From Malacoraja senta (Eukaryota), in contig CM075989.1 in the NCBI GenBank assembly GCA_038087875.1, positions 21,020,001 through 21,084,000 of the forward strand: 64,000 nt of DNA, in the 5' to 3' direction. Below the pieces are notes generated by a model, which was given only the letters and a program-made list of their open reading frames with translations, was not told where the DNA came from and searched no databases. Position 1 is the stretch's first letter. Every line of letters begins with the position of its first letter. A program made the translations under genes and the position numbers. Below, one piece after another: positions 1 through 10,840 of this stretch.

Positions 1-183
1 CAATGTCCATACTAGCCTTCTGGAAACCAGTCCCATCAGCCCACAACACCCATACTAGCGCTCCAGAAAGCCTCCCCCCCCCCCACTGGCCACCAATATT
101 GGAATTGGTGGAGAGGTGGAATATTGCGTTGGGGAACCAGACTTCCCGTGTGATGCTGGGAACCAACGGGTCCCACAGTCTAG
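1..183 (+). mobile_element. Possible Helitron-like 3' terminus (runs off window start)
   Basis: GC-rich hairpin GGGAACC-aac-GGGTCCC (158-174, 1 mismatch), then CTAG at 180-183 followed by T, abutting a CR1 fragment. Confidence 0.35.
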
Positions 184-570
184 TAACATATAAAATTCTT
201 AAGGGATTGGACAGGCTAGATGCAGGGAAAATTGTTCCTGATGTTGGGGGGGTCCAGAACCAGGGGGTCAGTCACAGTTTAAGAATAAAGGGTAGGCCAT
301 TTACAACTGAGATGAGGAAATACTTTTCCACCCAGAGAATTGTGAATCTGTGGAATTATCTGCCACAGAAGGCAGTGGGGGCCAATTCACTGGATGTTTT
401 CAAGAGAGAGTTTGATATAGCTCTTGGGGCTAACGGAATCAAGGAATATTGGGAGAAAGCTAGAACGGGGTACTGACTTTGGATGATCAGCCATGATCAT
501 ATTGAATGGTGGTGCTGGCTTGAAGTTACGAATGGCCTACTCCTGCACCTAGTTTCTATGTTTCTATGTT
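184..570 (+). mobile_element. CR1-clade LINE 3' fragment (HER1-like)
   Basis: Encodes YKILKGLDRLDAG...FSTQRIVNLWNYLPQKAV...RTGY* (stop 474-476), then 3' UTR and (GTTTCTAT)n tail. Confidence 0.9.
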
Positions 571-729
571 CAGTGTTAACGCAATGAAGTTATTTTCCTT
601 ACAAGCAGTCCTGTGGAGAATCATCATACCCCTAATCCCCAATCAGTAAGTGTACAGGAATAATCTACTGAGCCACATACAGTAGGCCTCATGTTTTTGA
701 CGCCATGTTTAACATCCACTATCCAGTGA

Positions 730-955
730 TGGATTGGAGAGAGTGCAGAAGGGGTTAACCAGAATCCTGCCTGGATTACAGGGTATTAACTACAAGGAGA
801 AGCTGGACAAACATGGATTGTTTTCTCCAGAGAGTCAGATGTTGAGGGAGAGATCTGAGAGCAGTATATAAAATCACGGGAGGCACAGATAGGGTAGACA
901 TTCAGAACCTTCTCCCAAGGTGGAAAGTTCAAAGACTGGAGGGCATAGCTTTAAG
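730..955 (+). mobile_element. Degenerate CR1 ORF2 fragment
   Basis: ttggagagagtgcagaaggggttaaccagaatcctgcctgga resembles the LERVQRRFTRMLPG region; similar to 45925-46035. Confidence 0.75.
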
Positions 956-1149
956 ATGTCTTTGGTTGCAGCTAAAATACAGAGGTTGAAAGTTCAAAGA
1001 TAGTGGGGAAAAAACAGAATGCCAAAGAACTGCAGGCATCAGGATGACAGACAATAGCTAGCATGGGGAGCTCTGCACTTTCAGATTGGAATCCTCTTCA
1101 GTGGCAATCCATCAGTAGAGTGTGGATGTTAAACATGGCGTCCACACAA

Positions 1150-1333
1150 GGCTAATTAACTTACAACCCACACGTCTTTGGGATATGTGAGAAAACCAGA
1201 GCTCTTGGAGGAAACCCATGTGGTCACAGGAGGGGTCATGCAAACTCCACACTGGCAGCTCCCGAGATCAGGATCGAACCTGGTCCTCCGGCACTGTGAG
1301 GCAGTAGTTCTACCAACTGCGCCACTGTGCCAC
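1150..1333 (-). mobile_element. V-SINE (HE1-like), partial
   Basis: tRNA-like head with B-box GGTTCGATCC and central V-domain (gtggagtttgcatg...gggtttcctcc) on minus strand. Confidence 0.8.
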
Positions 1334-1914
1334 TTCTATATTACTCCTGCATTCTTCTTCGATCATCTAAGCTTCCTGAAATCCCATCTCCTTGATTAAG
1401 CTTTCAATCATCTTAGAACAATCTTTCTACATTAACAGCACAACATGCGATCAGCATAATTTATATCTCAGTCCTTATGACATTAATATTAAATCAGCTT
1501 AAAAAGGTACACAGCTATTGCTTTACAATAGTCACAGATTAAAAAAACACAATTTTGTTTCTGCATCATAATCATCGAACACCGAATCTCTCATGACTGT
1601 GCGACTCCCTCCTTGTCTATCACTAGTTGTGCATCATCTTCTCACCTCTGGTATTTAAACATGATAATATGGCAGTGGAAATAAAATGGATCTAATTTAG
1701 ATGTTGGTATGACTGAACAAATTGGATCATCAAAACCATGTGAAGGTCTTTGAGTTTACACTCCTGTGGATAAAATTGACTCTCCAATTAAATGGTTGAT
1801 TCCAAACCTTTACCAAAATGTGACCATTGACTTACCTGAAGATTGGGAAAAAATGCAGAGATCACTAATTGCTATTTGATCCCATGAAGGTAATTTGCTG
1901 ATGTAAGGACTTGC

Positions 1915-2230
1915 AAAACGTCACCTATTCCTTTCCTCCAGACCCGCTGAGTTACTCCAGCATTTTGTGTCTGTCTTCGGTGTAAACCAGCATCCTTCTT
2001 TCACATGGAAATCTGCTATATTAATACAGAAGTAACAAACAATGCCTTCCATGATTTATTATCCTGCCTGACTGCTTTTCTGGCTTTCTCGATCAAAGAT
2101 CGAAGGGTCTCGATCAAGATGTGGCTTATCCATGGTAGACAAAAGTGCTGGAGAATCTCAGCGGGTGCCGCAGCATCTATGGAGCGAAGGAAATAGGCAA
2201 CGTTTCGGGACGAAGCCCTTCTTCTGACTG
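1915..2230. mobile_element. Two Penelope-like terminal-repeat fragments (1915-1995 +, 2133-2230 -)
   Basis: Match the window-wide repeat cccgctgagttactccagcattttgtgtc; the second is the variant subfamily with GAAACGTT. Confidence 0.7.
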
Positions 2231-3574
2231 AAGGTCTGCCGTTCCTTGTGCCTTTCAAAAGTTGAGCACCAGCTTCATCCTCACTTAAGTAAACACCATT
2301 AATTATGTTCCCTTGCAGCAGTTCTAGCAAAGGTTGAAGTTGACAACTCTCCAGAATATACTCATCCAAGGAATGAGGCTTTACATAACTCATTTAAAAT
2401 TTTAAGTTAAAATGACTGGTAGTCAATAGCAAGCTCAATTTAGTAAAATTGACTACATCCAGTGTTGATTTCAGCAGTGTAAGTGAAAAGCATTCAGATC
2501 GTTATTGGCAGTCACCAGGCACAGATAACAAAGTGTATGTTAATCTCAACACTTGTCTCACATAAATGCCCTTGAGGGAAAGTATGGAACATCAGTCGTT
2601 AAAAACAAGGATTCAAGAACATGTCGTAAGGGCAGATTGTTTAAAATTATTATTCACAGTCATATTTTGCAATTTGGTTTTTTTTTTGTTGAAAAGGGAG
2701 TTTTACGATGAAGTTGTGCCGTTTAAATTGACTATAATTTTTATTTTCTTTTTTTCTATACCCCAGCACATTCTTAATATTTCTGGAAGCCTTCTAGGTC
2801 ACTCGGTTTCTCCACAGCAAGAAATGTGTGGTTTATTAAGATTTATTTAAACAGACATATAATGTTTCTGGGCTATTCGGAGATAGGTTTAGCTGGCAGG
2901 CAGCTCTCGGGGTAAGACATCTGCTGCACTCATTGTGCAATAGTATATGTAGGCAGAAAATATAGTATTAAACATTATAATAGGCTGCTCCATAAAGCAA
3001 AAAGCTGTAATAACTGCTGTTCTGGGAGGGTTTGTTTTTAAGTTAATGACATTATTATCTAATTTTTGTTGGGTAACTGAAACATTTTCGGGCCATGCTG
3101 CTTTGTATCCAAATGAGCCTTAGGGGTGCATTCATGTGCGACTCGCTTTATGGTCCAAGTGTTGCACTTTGATGTCGCAGTTATATTTTAACAATACGTA
3201 TTATTAGTATACGCATGTGGCTGGTTTCAATTCCTTTACCATAAAGCGCAATATTTTTTTTTCTTCCGAAAAAATCGTTCCATTTAAAGAGGTACCCATT
3301 GAGAGCTTGAAGTATTGCTTTTAATCAAGAAAAAGCAAAACTTAAGCAGTTTATACATATATATCATATGTGCGGGGTGCGTGCATGAATCACCCAAGGG
3401 GAAAATACAAGAAGATTACTTTGTCGCATTTGCAGTTAAATGTGGTAATGATTTAATTACAGATTGCAAAGAAAAGATTTGTTCCTACAGTTATGTCTTT
3501 TCTTTCCTCAGCAATATATTGTAAAATAGCTCTGCCTTATTTTCTTTTCCCATTTACCGCACTGTTTAACATAT

Positions 3575-4005
3575 GTCTGGCCTTGTCCTGGGCCCAGCAC
3601 ATTGATACAATTATAACGAAAGCTCACCAACTCCTCTCCTTCCTCAGAAGATTGAGGAGATTCAGCGTGATGCTGAATGCCCCTTTGGATCTCCACCGGG
3701 GTATGGTGGATTACAAGCACCGTCCGGTCATTCAAACTCACACGAACGAAGGATGCCACAGAAAGTGGTGGACACTGCCCAGTCCATCACCATCACATCA
3801 CTGACCTCCCCACCGTCGATGAGGTCTACAACAAGCTCTCGCTCAACAAAGCAACTCATCTCATTGAAGACACACACCATCCTGACCATGTTCTTTTCTC
3901 CATTGGGAAGAAGGTACAGGAGCCCGGGAACCATAATCTCCAGCTTCAAGAACAGCGTCTTCCCATCAACCTTCAGGATCTTGAACCACCCCGCACAAGC
4001 CCAAC
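3575..4005 (+). mobile_element. Rex1/Babar LINE 3' ORF fragment, frameshifted
   Basis: LSWAQHIDTIITKAHQLLSFLRRLRRF, QKVVDTAQSIT, DTHHPDHVLF and GRRYRS...FKNSVFPSTFRILN spread across frames. Confidence 0.85.
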
Positions 4006-4010
4006 CATAG

Positions 4011-4146
4011 GGTGGCACGGTGGCGCAGCGGTAGAGTTGCTGCCTCACAGTGCCAGATCGCTGGTTGGCGCAGACTCGATGGGGCAAAGGGTACGCTGTA
4101 TCTCATATCCATGCTGTATCTCTTAACTAAAGCAAACTAAACTAAA
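4011..4146 (+). mobile_element. Internally deleted V-SINE
   Basis: Head gggtggcacggtggcgcagcggtagagttgctgcc joined directly to tail gctgtatctcttaactaaa(actaa)n. Confidence 0.8.
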
Positions 4147-4149
4147 CAC

Positions 4150-4545
4150 AGAAACATCGAAAATAGGTGCAGGAGTAGGCCATTCGGCCCTTCGAGCCAG
4201 CATCACCATTCATTATCATCATGGCTGATCATCCAAAATCAGTACCCTATTCCTGCTTTCTCCCCTTATCCCTTGATTCCGTTAGCCCTAAGAGCTACAT
4301 CTAACTCTCTCTTGAAAACATCCAGTGAATTGGCCTCCACTGCCTTCTGTGGCAGAGAATTCCACAGATTCACAACTTTCTGGGTGAAAACTTTTTTTCA
4401 CATCTCAGCCCTAATTCTTATTCTTAAACTGTGATCCCTGGTTCTGGACTCCCCCAACATCGGGAACATTTTTCCTGCATCTAGCCTTTCCAATCCCTTA
4501 AGAATTTTATATGTTTCTATAAGGTGTCCTCTCATCCTTCTATGA
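4150..4545 (-). mobile_element. CR1 LINE 3' fragment
   Basis: Closely matches 5230-5615 in the same orientation. Confidence 0.9.
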
Positions 4546-4703
4546 AGGACCATAGCCCAAACTCAACACTGAACTACTTTAGACTTTGCACTACTTCCAC
4601 TGCACCATGTGGTTTGATGGCATGGTCTGGTTTACCGAGAATATGTGATCATTTATTGCATCTTTATATATGTAATGTGTGTTGTTCCATGTGAACAGGG
4701 GAC

Positions 4704-4972
4704 TCAGTCTAACCCACGGCAGAAGGGGGAGGAGTTGTACAGTTTGATAGCCACAGGGAAAAAAGATCTCCTGTGGCATTCTGTACTGCATCTTGGTGGA
4801 ACCAGTCTGTTGCTGAAGGTGCTCCTCAGCTTGACCAGTGTGTCATGGAGGGGGTGAGCTGTATTGTCCAAGATGCTCCACAGTTTGAGGAGCATCCTCC
4901 CCTCCAGGATCACCTCCCATGAATCCAACTCTGCCCCCAGGACAGAGCTAGCCTTCCTGATGAGCTTGTTAT
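4704..4972 (-). mobile_element. Rex1-type LINE C-terminal fragment
   Basis: NKLIRKASSVLGAELDSWEVILEGRMLLKLWSILDNTAHPLH...FSNRL...RRSFFPVAIKLYNSS. Confidence 0.85.
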
Positions 4973-4989
4973 CATCATGATGCCTCATA

Positions 4990-5205
4990 TACACCAGTCC
5001 CATCTGCCTGCATTTGGCCCACCCCCTTCTAAACCTTTCCCATCTATGTATCTGTCCAAATGTCTTTTAAATGTTGTGATGGTACCTGCCTCAACTACCT
5101 CCTCTGGCAGCTCGTTCCATAGAACCACCACACTTGTGTGAGAAAGTTGCCCCTCGGGTTCCTATAAATCTTTCCCCTTTCACCTCTCACTGTGACCTCT
5201 GGTAG
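4990..5205 (-). mobile_element. CR1 fragment, second subfamily
   Basis: RNPRGNFLTQV...ELPEEVVEAG-like coding; matches 39035-39330. Confidence 0.8.
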
Positions 5206-5216
5206 GTTGCTTTCTG

Positions 5217-6625
5217 CATAGATACATAGATACATAGAAAATAGGTGCAGGAGTAGGCCATTCGGCCCTTCGAGCCTGCACCGCCATTCAATATGATCAT
5301 GGCTGATCATCCAACTCAGTATCCCGTACCTGCCTTCTCTCCATACCCCCTGATCCCTTTAGCCACAAGGGCCACATCTAACTCCCTCTTAAATATAGCC
5401 AATGAACTGGCCTCAATGACCCTCTGTGGCAGAGAGTTCCAGAGATTCACCACTCTCTGTGTGAAAAAGTTTTTTCTCATCTCGGTCTTAAAGGATTTCC
5501 CCCTTATCCTTAAGCTGTGACCCCTTGTCCTGGACTTCCCCAACATCGGGAACAATCTTCCTGCATCTAGCCTGTCCAACCCCATAAGAATCTTGTAAGT
5601 TTCTATAAGATCCCCTCTCAATCTCCTAAATTCTAGCGAGTATAAGCCGAGTCTATCCAGTCTTTCTTCATATGAAAGTCCTGACATCCCAGGAATCAGT
5701 CTGGTGAACCTTCTCTGCACTCCCTCTATGGCTATAATGTCCTTCCTCAGATTTGGAGACCAAAACTGTACGCAATACTCCAGGTGTGGTCTCACCAATA
5801 CCCTGTACAACTGCAGTAGAACCTCCCTGCTCCTATACTCAAATCCTTTTGCTATGAAAGCTAACATACCATTCGCTTTCTTCACTGCCTGCTGCACCTA
5901 CATGCCTACTTTCAATGACTGGTGTACCATGACACCCAGGTCTCGCTGCATCTCCCCTTTTCCTAATCGGCCACCATTTAGATAATAGTCTGCTTTCCTG
6001 TTTTTGCCACCAAAGTGGATAACCTCACATTTATCCACATTATACTGCATCTGCCAAACATTTGCCCACTCACCCAGCCTATCTAAGTCACCTTGCAGTC
6101 CCCTAGCATCCTCCTCACAGCTAACACTGCCCCCCAGCTTAGTGTCATCCGCAAACTTGGAGATATTGCCTTCAATTCCCTCATCCAGGTCATTAATATA
6201 AATTGTAAATAGCTGGGGTCCCAGCACTGAGCCTTGTGGTACCCCACTAGTCACTGCCTGCCATTGTGAAAAGGACCAGTTTACTCCTACTCTTTGCTTC
6301 CTGTTTGCCAGCCATTTCTCTATCCACATCAATACTGAACCCCCAATACCGTGTGCTTTAAGTTTGTATATTAATCGCTTATGTGGGACCTTGTCGAAAG
6401 CCTTCTGAAAGTCCAGATACAACACATCCACTGGTTCTCCCCTATCCACTCTACTAGTTACATCCTCGAAAAATTCTATAAGATTCGTCAGACATGATTT
6501 ACCTTTCGTAAATCCATGCTGACTTTGTCCAATGATTTCACCACTTTCCAAATGTGCTGCTATCCCATCTTTAATAACTGACTCTAGCAGTTTCCCCACT
6601 ACCGATGTTAGACTAACTGGTCTGT
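5217..6625 (-). mobile_element. 5'-truncated CR1 LINE (1.4 kb) with reverse-transcriptase domain and one premature stop
   Basis: YRPVSLTSVVGKLLE, QHGFTKGKSCLTNL, YLDFQKAFDKVPH, GVPQGSVLGPQLF, KFADDTKL. Track ORFs 5898-6716 and 5316-5897 share a frame, split by TAG at 5898-5900. Microsatellite tail at 5217-5240. Confidence 0.97.
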
Positions 6626-7487
6626 ATGATAGGGATACACAGTGACTTCTATATGTTAAATTGTAATTTGATATGACAGACATTACAAATGTCAGCACAT
6701 GTGATCTAGGCTTCAAATCATGATCCTATTGAAAATGTATTTTTCCGCAACATGAAATTGTATACCTTTTTCAGATCTGTGCTCTGTTCCACTGTAGTGT
6801 ATGTTGCTCTCCAAGCCGATGTACCTCATGTACACGATGATTAGTCCTGCTCTTTCTGTCATAATACAACTTGAGGCAGTATTATCCAACCTCGCCCGTG
6901 CTCTGAAACATGCCTTTTATTGCTGCAGGGGCTTGAGTTCATTTTCGAGCGCGGGGACAGCATCTGGAAGCATTCCTTGCCTTCAATAACTAAAATGGCT
7001 AAAACAGAATGTATATATGAGACAGATTATACCAGAGGGGGACTGAAAATCTAAAACAATGTTGCAGAAATCTTAAAATATAATAACGTCATTCTCTGAG
7101 GCCAATATAATGAGTTGAAAACAATTCTTGAAGCAACTTGTTGCTTGATCGAATGGGAATATATCAAGGGGGCAATATTTTATGTTTGAAAAAAAGAAGA
7201 CTGGGTCGGAAAGGAAATGTGAGCGGAAGGGTAATCAGTATTGTGCCAGAACACAATACCCCTGGTAGGACGAGGGGGACATCAAGGGCACTGGAATTCA
7301 AAGGACATGATGCAGCTTGAGAACCAGTGGATGCAAACCAGATGACATGCAGAGTATTATTTTCACAGGGAAGTGAAGGGGCTGTCATATTAAAAATGAG
7401 AAGGACACACACCTGCTGCAAAGTTGTACCTCCTTCACTAATGCCAGGGCACATTAGGTGTGGCTTAAAAATGACGATTTATTCATT

Positions 7488-7710
7488 TCGAAGATAGACA
7501 CAAAATGCTGGAGTAACTCAGCAGGACAGGCAGCATCTCTGGAGAGAAGGAATGGGCGACGTTTTGGGTCGAGACCCGTGGGAGAAGGGTCTCGACCCGA
7601 AACGTCGGCCATTCCTTCTCTCCATAGGTGCTGCCTCACCCGCTGAGTTACTCCAGCATTTTGTGCCTACGTTCGATTTTACCAGCATCTGCAGTTGTTT
7701 CTTACACACA
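7488..7710. mobile_element. Fold-back Penelope-like terminal-repeat element
   Basis: Inverted arms gcatctctggagagaaggaatgggcgacgttttgggtcgagaccc / gggtctcgacccgaaacgtcggccattccttctctcc. Confidence 0.8.
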
Positions 7711-7934
7711 TGTAAGGTGACCATTTGATCCACTGTGTCTAAGCTGGACAAGGGTGGATCTATTTAGATTACTACCAGTTCCAATCTTTCAACATGTAAA
7801 AGAAAGAAACAAAATGCTGGAGTTACTCAGCAGGTCGGGCAGCATCTCTGGAGAAATTGGATAGGTGACATTTTGGGTTGGGACCCTTCTTTTAAGATGT
7901 AGGTCCAGTTACAAGTCATCAAGAGCTTCTCTGG

Positions 7935-8076
7935 GTGGGAGATTGCAACCTTCACGTGATCCGCCCTGTTTCGACAAATGTAATCAACCTGGTGTGCACA
8001 ATCAAATAAGATCAAATGGAACATGTTGTCCTACAACTTTAGGCTGTGCACGCCATACACAAGAAGAAGAAGAAGA
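7935..8076 (+). mobile_element. Probable RTE-type retroposon 3' end
   Basis: Ends gcacgccatacac(aag)n, similar to the tail of the RTE-like fragment at 47121-47140. Confidence 0.45.
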
Positions 8077-8339
8077 GCTTATCTGCAACTTTTAAATATG
8101 ATGAAGGCTTTCACCTCCAGCATTTTTTCAGGCATTGAGTTCTGGAGCACAACTAGCTTATGGTTGAAATTATTTTTCCTCAACTCCCCCCTTTAATTGT
8201 TCCAAATTAACTTAAAGATGGCTCTTGAAATATAATAATGTCATTCTCTGAGGCCAATATAATGAGTGGACAACGATTTTTGTAGTAACTTGTCGCCTGA
8301 TGGAAGTGAAATATCTCAAAGCAGCGGTTTTGATCCAGT

Positions 8340-8995
8340 TACTTTGCCTCGCGAAGGCTGCCAACAAAATCAAAGACCGTTCCCACCCTTCCCATTCCTT
8401 CTTCTCTCCTGTCGAGCAGTAGATACCAAAGTTTGAAAGCGCCCACCACTAGATTTAGGAAACAATTCTTCTCCTTTGTTATCAGACTTCTGAACTGCTT
8501 CCATCAGCTAGGATACAGTCTGATTCTCCTCTACCGCATAGAGGACATTGGACTTTGATATGGAACTGTTGCAGTAGAATGCTGAGAACTATATTCTGTA
8601 CTCTGTATCTCTCCCTTCATTCCACCTGTTGTACTTGAGTTTGGCTTGGTTGTATTTAAGTGCAGTGTTATGTGATTTAATTAATAATAATAATAATAAT
8701 GGATGGGATTTATATAGCGCCTTTCTAATACTCAAGGCGCTTTACATCGCATTATTCATTCACTCCTCAGTCACACTCGGTGTTGGCAAGCTACTTCTGT
8801 AGCCACAGCTGCCCTGGGGCAGACTGACGGAAGCGTGGCTGCTAATTTGCGCCTACGGCCCCTCCGACCGCCACCAATCACTCACACACATTCACACACA
8901 TTCACACGCAGGCAAAGGTGGGTGAAGTGTCTTGCCCAAGGACACAACGACAGTATGCACTGTTGCAAAACAAAGCTTCTCGCTGCACCTCGGTA
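8340..8995 (+). mobile_element. Rex/Babar LINE 3' end, interrupted by a SINE at 8683-8962
   Basis: CLAKAANKIKDRSHPSHSFFSP...RYQSLKAPTTRFR...FF..VIRLLN, then a 3' UTR resuming at gcaaaacaaagctt...cctcggta. Confidence 0.7.
8683..8962 (-). mobile_element. 5'-truncated SINE with CORE-like motif and L2-type tail
   Basis: Minus strand has gttgtgtccttgggcaagacactt (CORE-like) and tail gtaaagcgccttgag...aaggcgctatataaa...(TTA)n. Confidence 0.7.
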
Positions 8996-9047
8996 TATTT
9001 TAGTTTTAAAGTTTAGATACAGCGCGGAAACAGACACTTCGACCCAC

Positions 9048-9485
9048 CGAAGATAGACACAAAAAGCTGGAGTAACTGAGCGGGACAGGCAGCATCTCTG
9101 CAGAGAAGGAATGGGTGACGTTTTGGGTCGAGAGTGTTCTTCAGACCTCTACCGGGCTGAGGCCAGGCGACAACTCTCAGACACCTCCCCCTACTTATCC
9201 TTGGAACATGATCCCACAGATGAGCACCAGGCCTTAATCTCAAACACCATTACTGATTTCATCACTTCTGGCTGTCTGCCTTCTACAGCCTCCAACCTTA
9301 TTGTTTCCCAGTCCCGCACAGCCCGTTTTTACCTTTCCCCCACAAACACAATTGCCCTGGCAGACCCATTGTTTCTGCCTGCTTCTGTCCCACGGAAATG
9401 ACTTCCACGTACCTCGACTCCATCCTATCGCCCCTGGTCCAATCTCTCCCGACCTATGTCCAAGACACCTCACATACCCCTTTGT
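9048..9485 (+). mobile_element. Penelope-like element: inverted terminal repeat (9048-9146) fused to RT N-terminal fragment
   Basis: DLYRAEARRQLSD...DPT...RTARFYL, frameshift, then HKHNCPGRPIVSACFCPTEMTSTYLDSILSPLVQSLPTYVQDTSH (PLE-type PKIHK/GRPIVS region). Interrupts a V-SINE tail. Confidence 0.85.
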
Positions 9486-9519
9486 CTCTTTAAATTTTTA
9501 AAACATTTCCTTCTTACAC

Positions 9520-9803
9520 ACCTTCGGCCCACCAAGTCCGCACTGACCCGCGATTCCTGCACATTAATACTATACTACACACACCAGAGACAATTTATAT
9601 TTATACCGAGCCAATTAACCTACATACCTGTACGTCTTTGGAGTGTAGGAGGAAACCGAAGATGTCGGAGAAAGCCCACGTGGACCCACGCGGTCACGGA
9701 CAAACTCTGTACAGACAGCACCCATAGTCGGGATCGAACCCGGGACTCCAGCGCTGCAAGCGCTGTAAGGCAGCAACTCTACCGCTGCACCACCGGGGCC
9801 GCC
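9520..9803 (-). mobile_element. V-SINE (tail remnant at 9000-9048)
   Basis: Full head and V-domain; subfamily with the gcttgcagc insertion in the tRNA region. Confidence 0.9.
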
Positions 9804-10464
9804 CAATATGTGACAATAATAAATCTAAACCTAAACCGAATTAAGATGCGCCATCTTTGTTAGTCCCACTTGCCCACGTTTAGCCCGTATATCTCCACAC
9901 CTTTCCTATCCAGATACCTGCTCAAATATCTTTTAAATGCTGTTATAGTAGCAACTGGTAGTTTGAACTCAGAGCTCATTTATGAATAATTAGTGGCTTC
10001 TTAAACTAAAAGTGATCCAAATATTTTAAGTTGTATATGTGATTCTTTGCTTGATTGTATATCTAAAAACATTGCAAACAAATCTTTCATTAGCAAGTCA
10101 TAATCTTCCTTCAGTGCTTTTTATATTAATGCTTGTATAATGTAATCATGCCATCCTGATGTATTTTATCTTAATTTTATTTCTCTTTAGTAATTTAACC
10201 ACTGTGAATTAGTAAGGCCTGGAAGATATTAAATCATCTTTGCATCTATGATTTTGCCACAGATGCAAAGATGATTTAAAAGTGCACCGACATACTCAAA
10301 GTGGAGATCAAACCATCAGACTATTTAGTAAGTGGAAAAAGATTTCCTTTCATTGCCTTTAATTCGGGAAGATTTTCAAAGAATTACTTAAAATAAAGTA
10401 ATTTGTTTTTAATTAGAGATTATTTAAAGAAACATTTCAAATATTTATATTAGACATATTAATC

Positions 10465-10840
10465 GTGGAGTTGCTGCCTCACAGCGTCAGAGACCCAGAT
10501 TTGATCCTGATCTCGGGTGCTGTCTGTGTGGAGTTTGCACATTCTCCCTGTGATCATGTGGATTTTATTCTGGTGCTCCGCTTTCCTCCCACATCCCAAA
10601 GACGTGTGTGTTTGTAGTTAAGTGACGTCTGTAAAATTCCTCCTAATGTGGGGAGTAGATGTGTAACTGGACCTACATCTTAAAAGAAGGGTCCCAACCC
10701 AAAATGTCACCTATCCAATTCCTCCTAATGTGGGGAGTAGATGGGATAACATAAAACCTAGTGTGAACGGGTGATCAATGGTTGACTTAGACTCAGTGGG
10801 CTGAAGGATCTGTTATCATGCTGTATCTCTAAATCAAACT
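10465..10840 (+). mobile_element. V-SINE carrying a templated insertion
   Basis: Head, V-domain and tail are present; foreign 59 bp at 10662-10720. Confidence 0.85.

Noticed and set aside
3..476. 157-aa ORF as a host gene
   Set aside because: Chance fusion of an upstream repeat with the CR1 ORF2 C-terminus.
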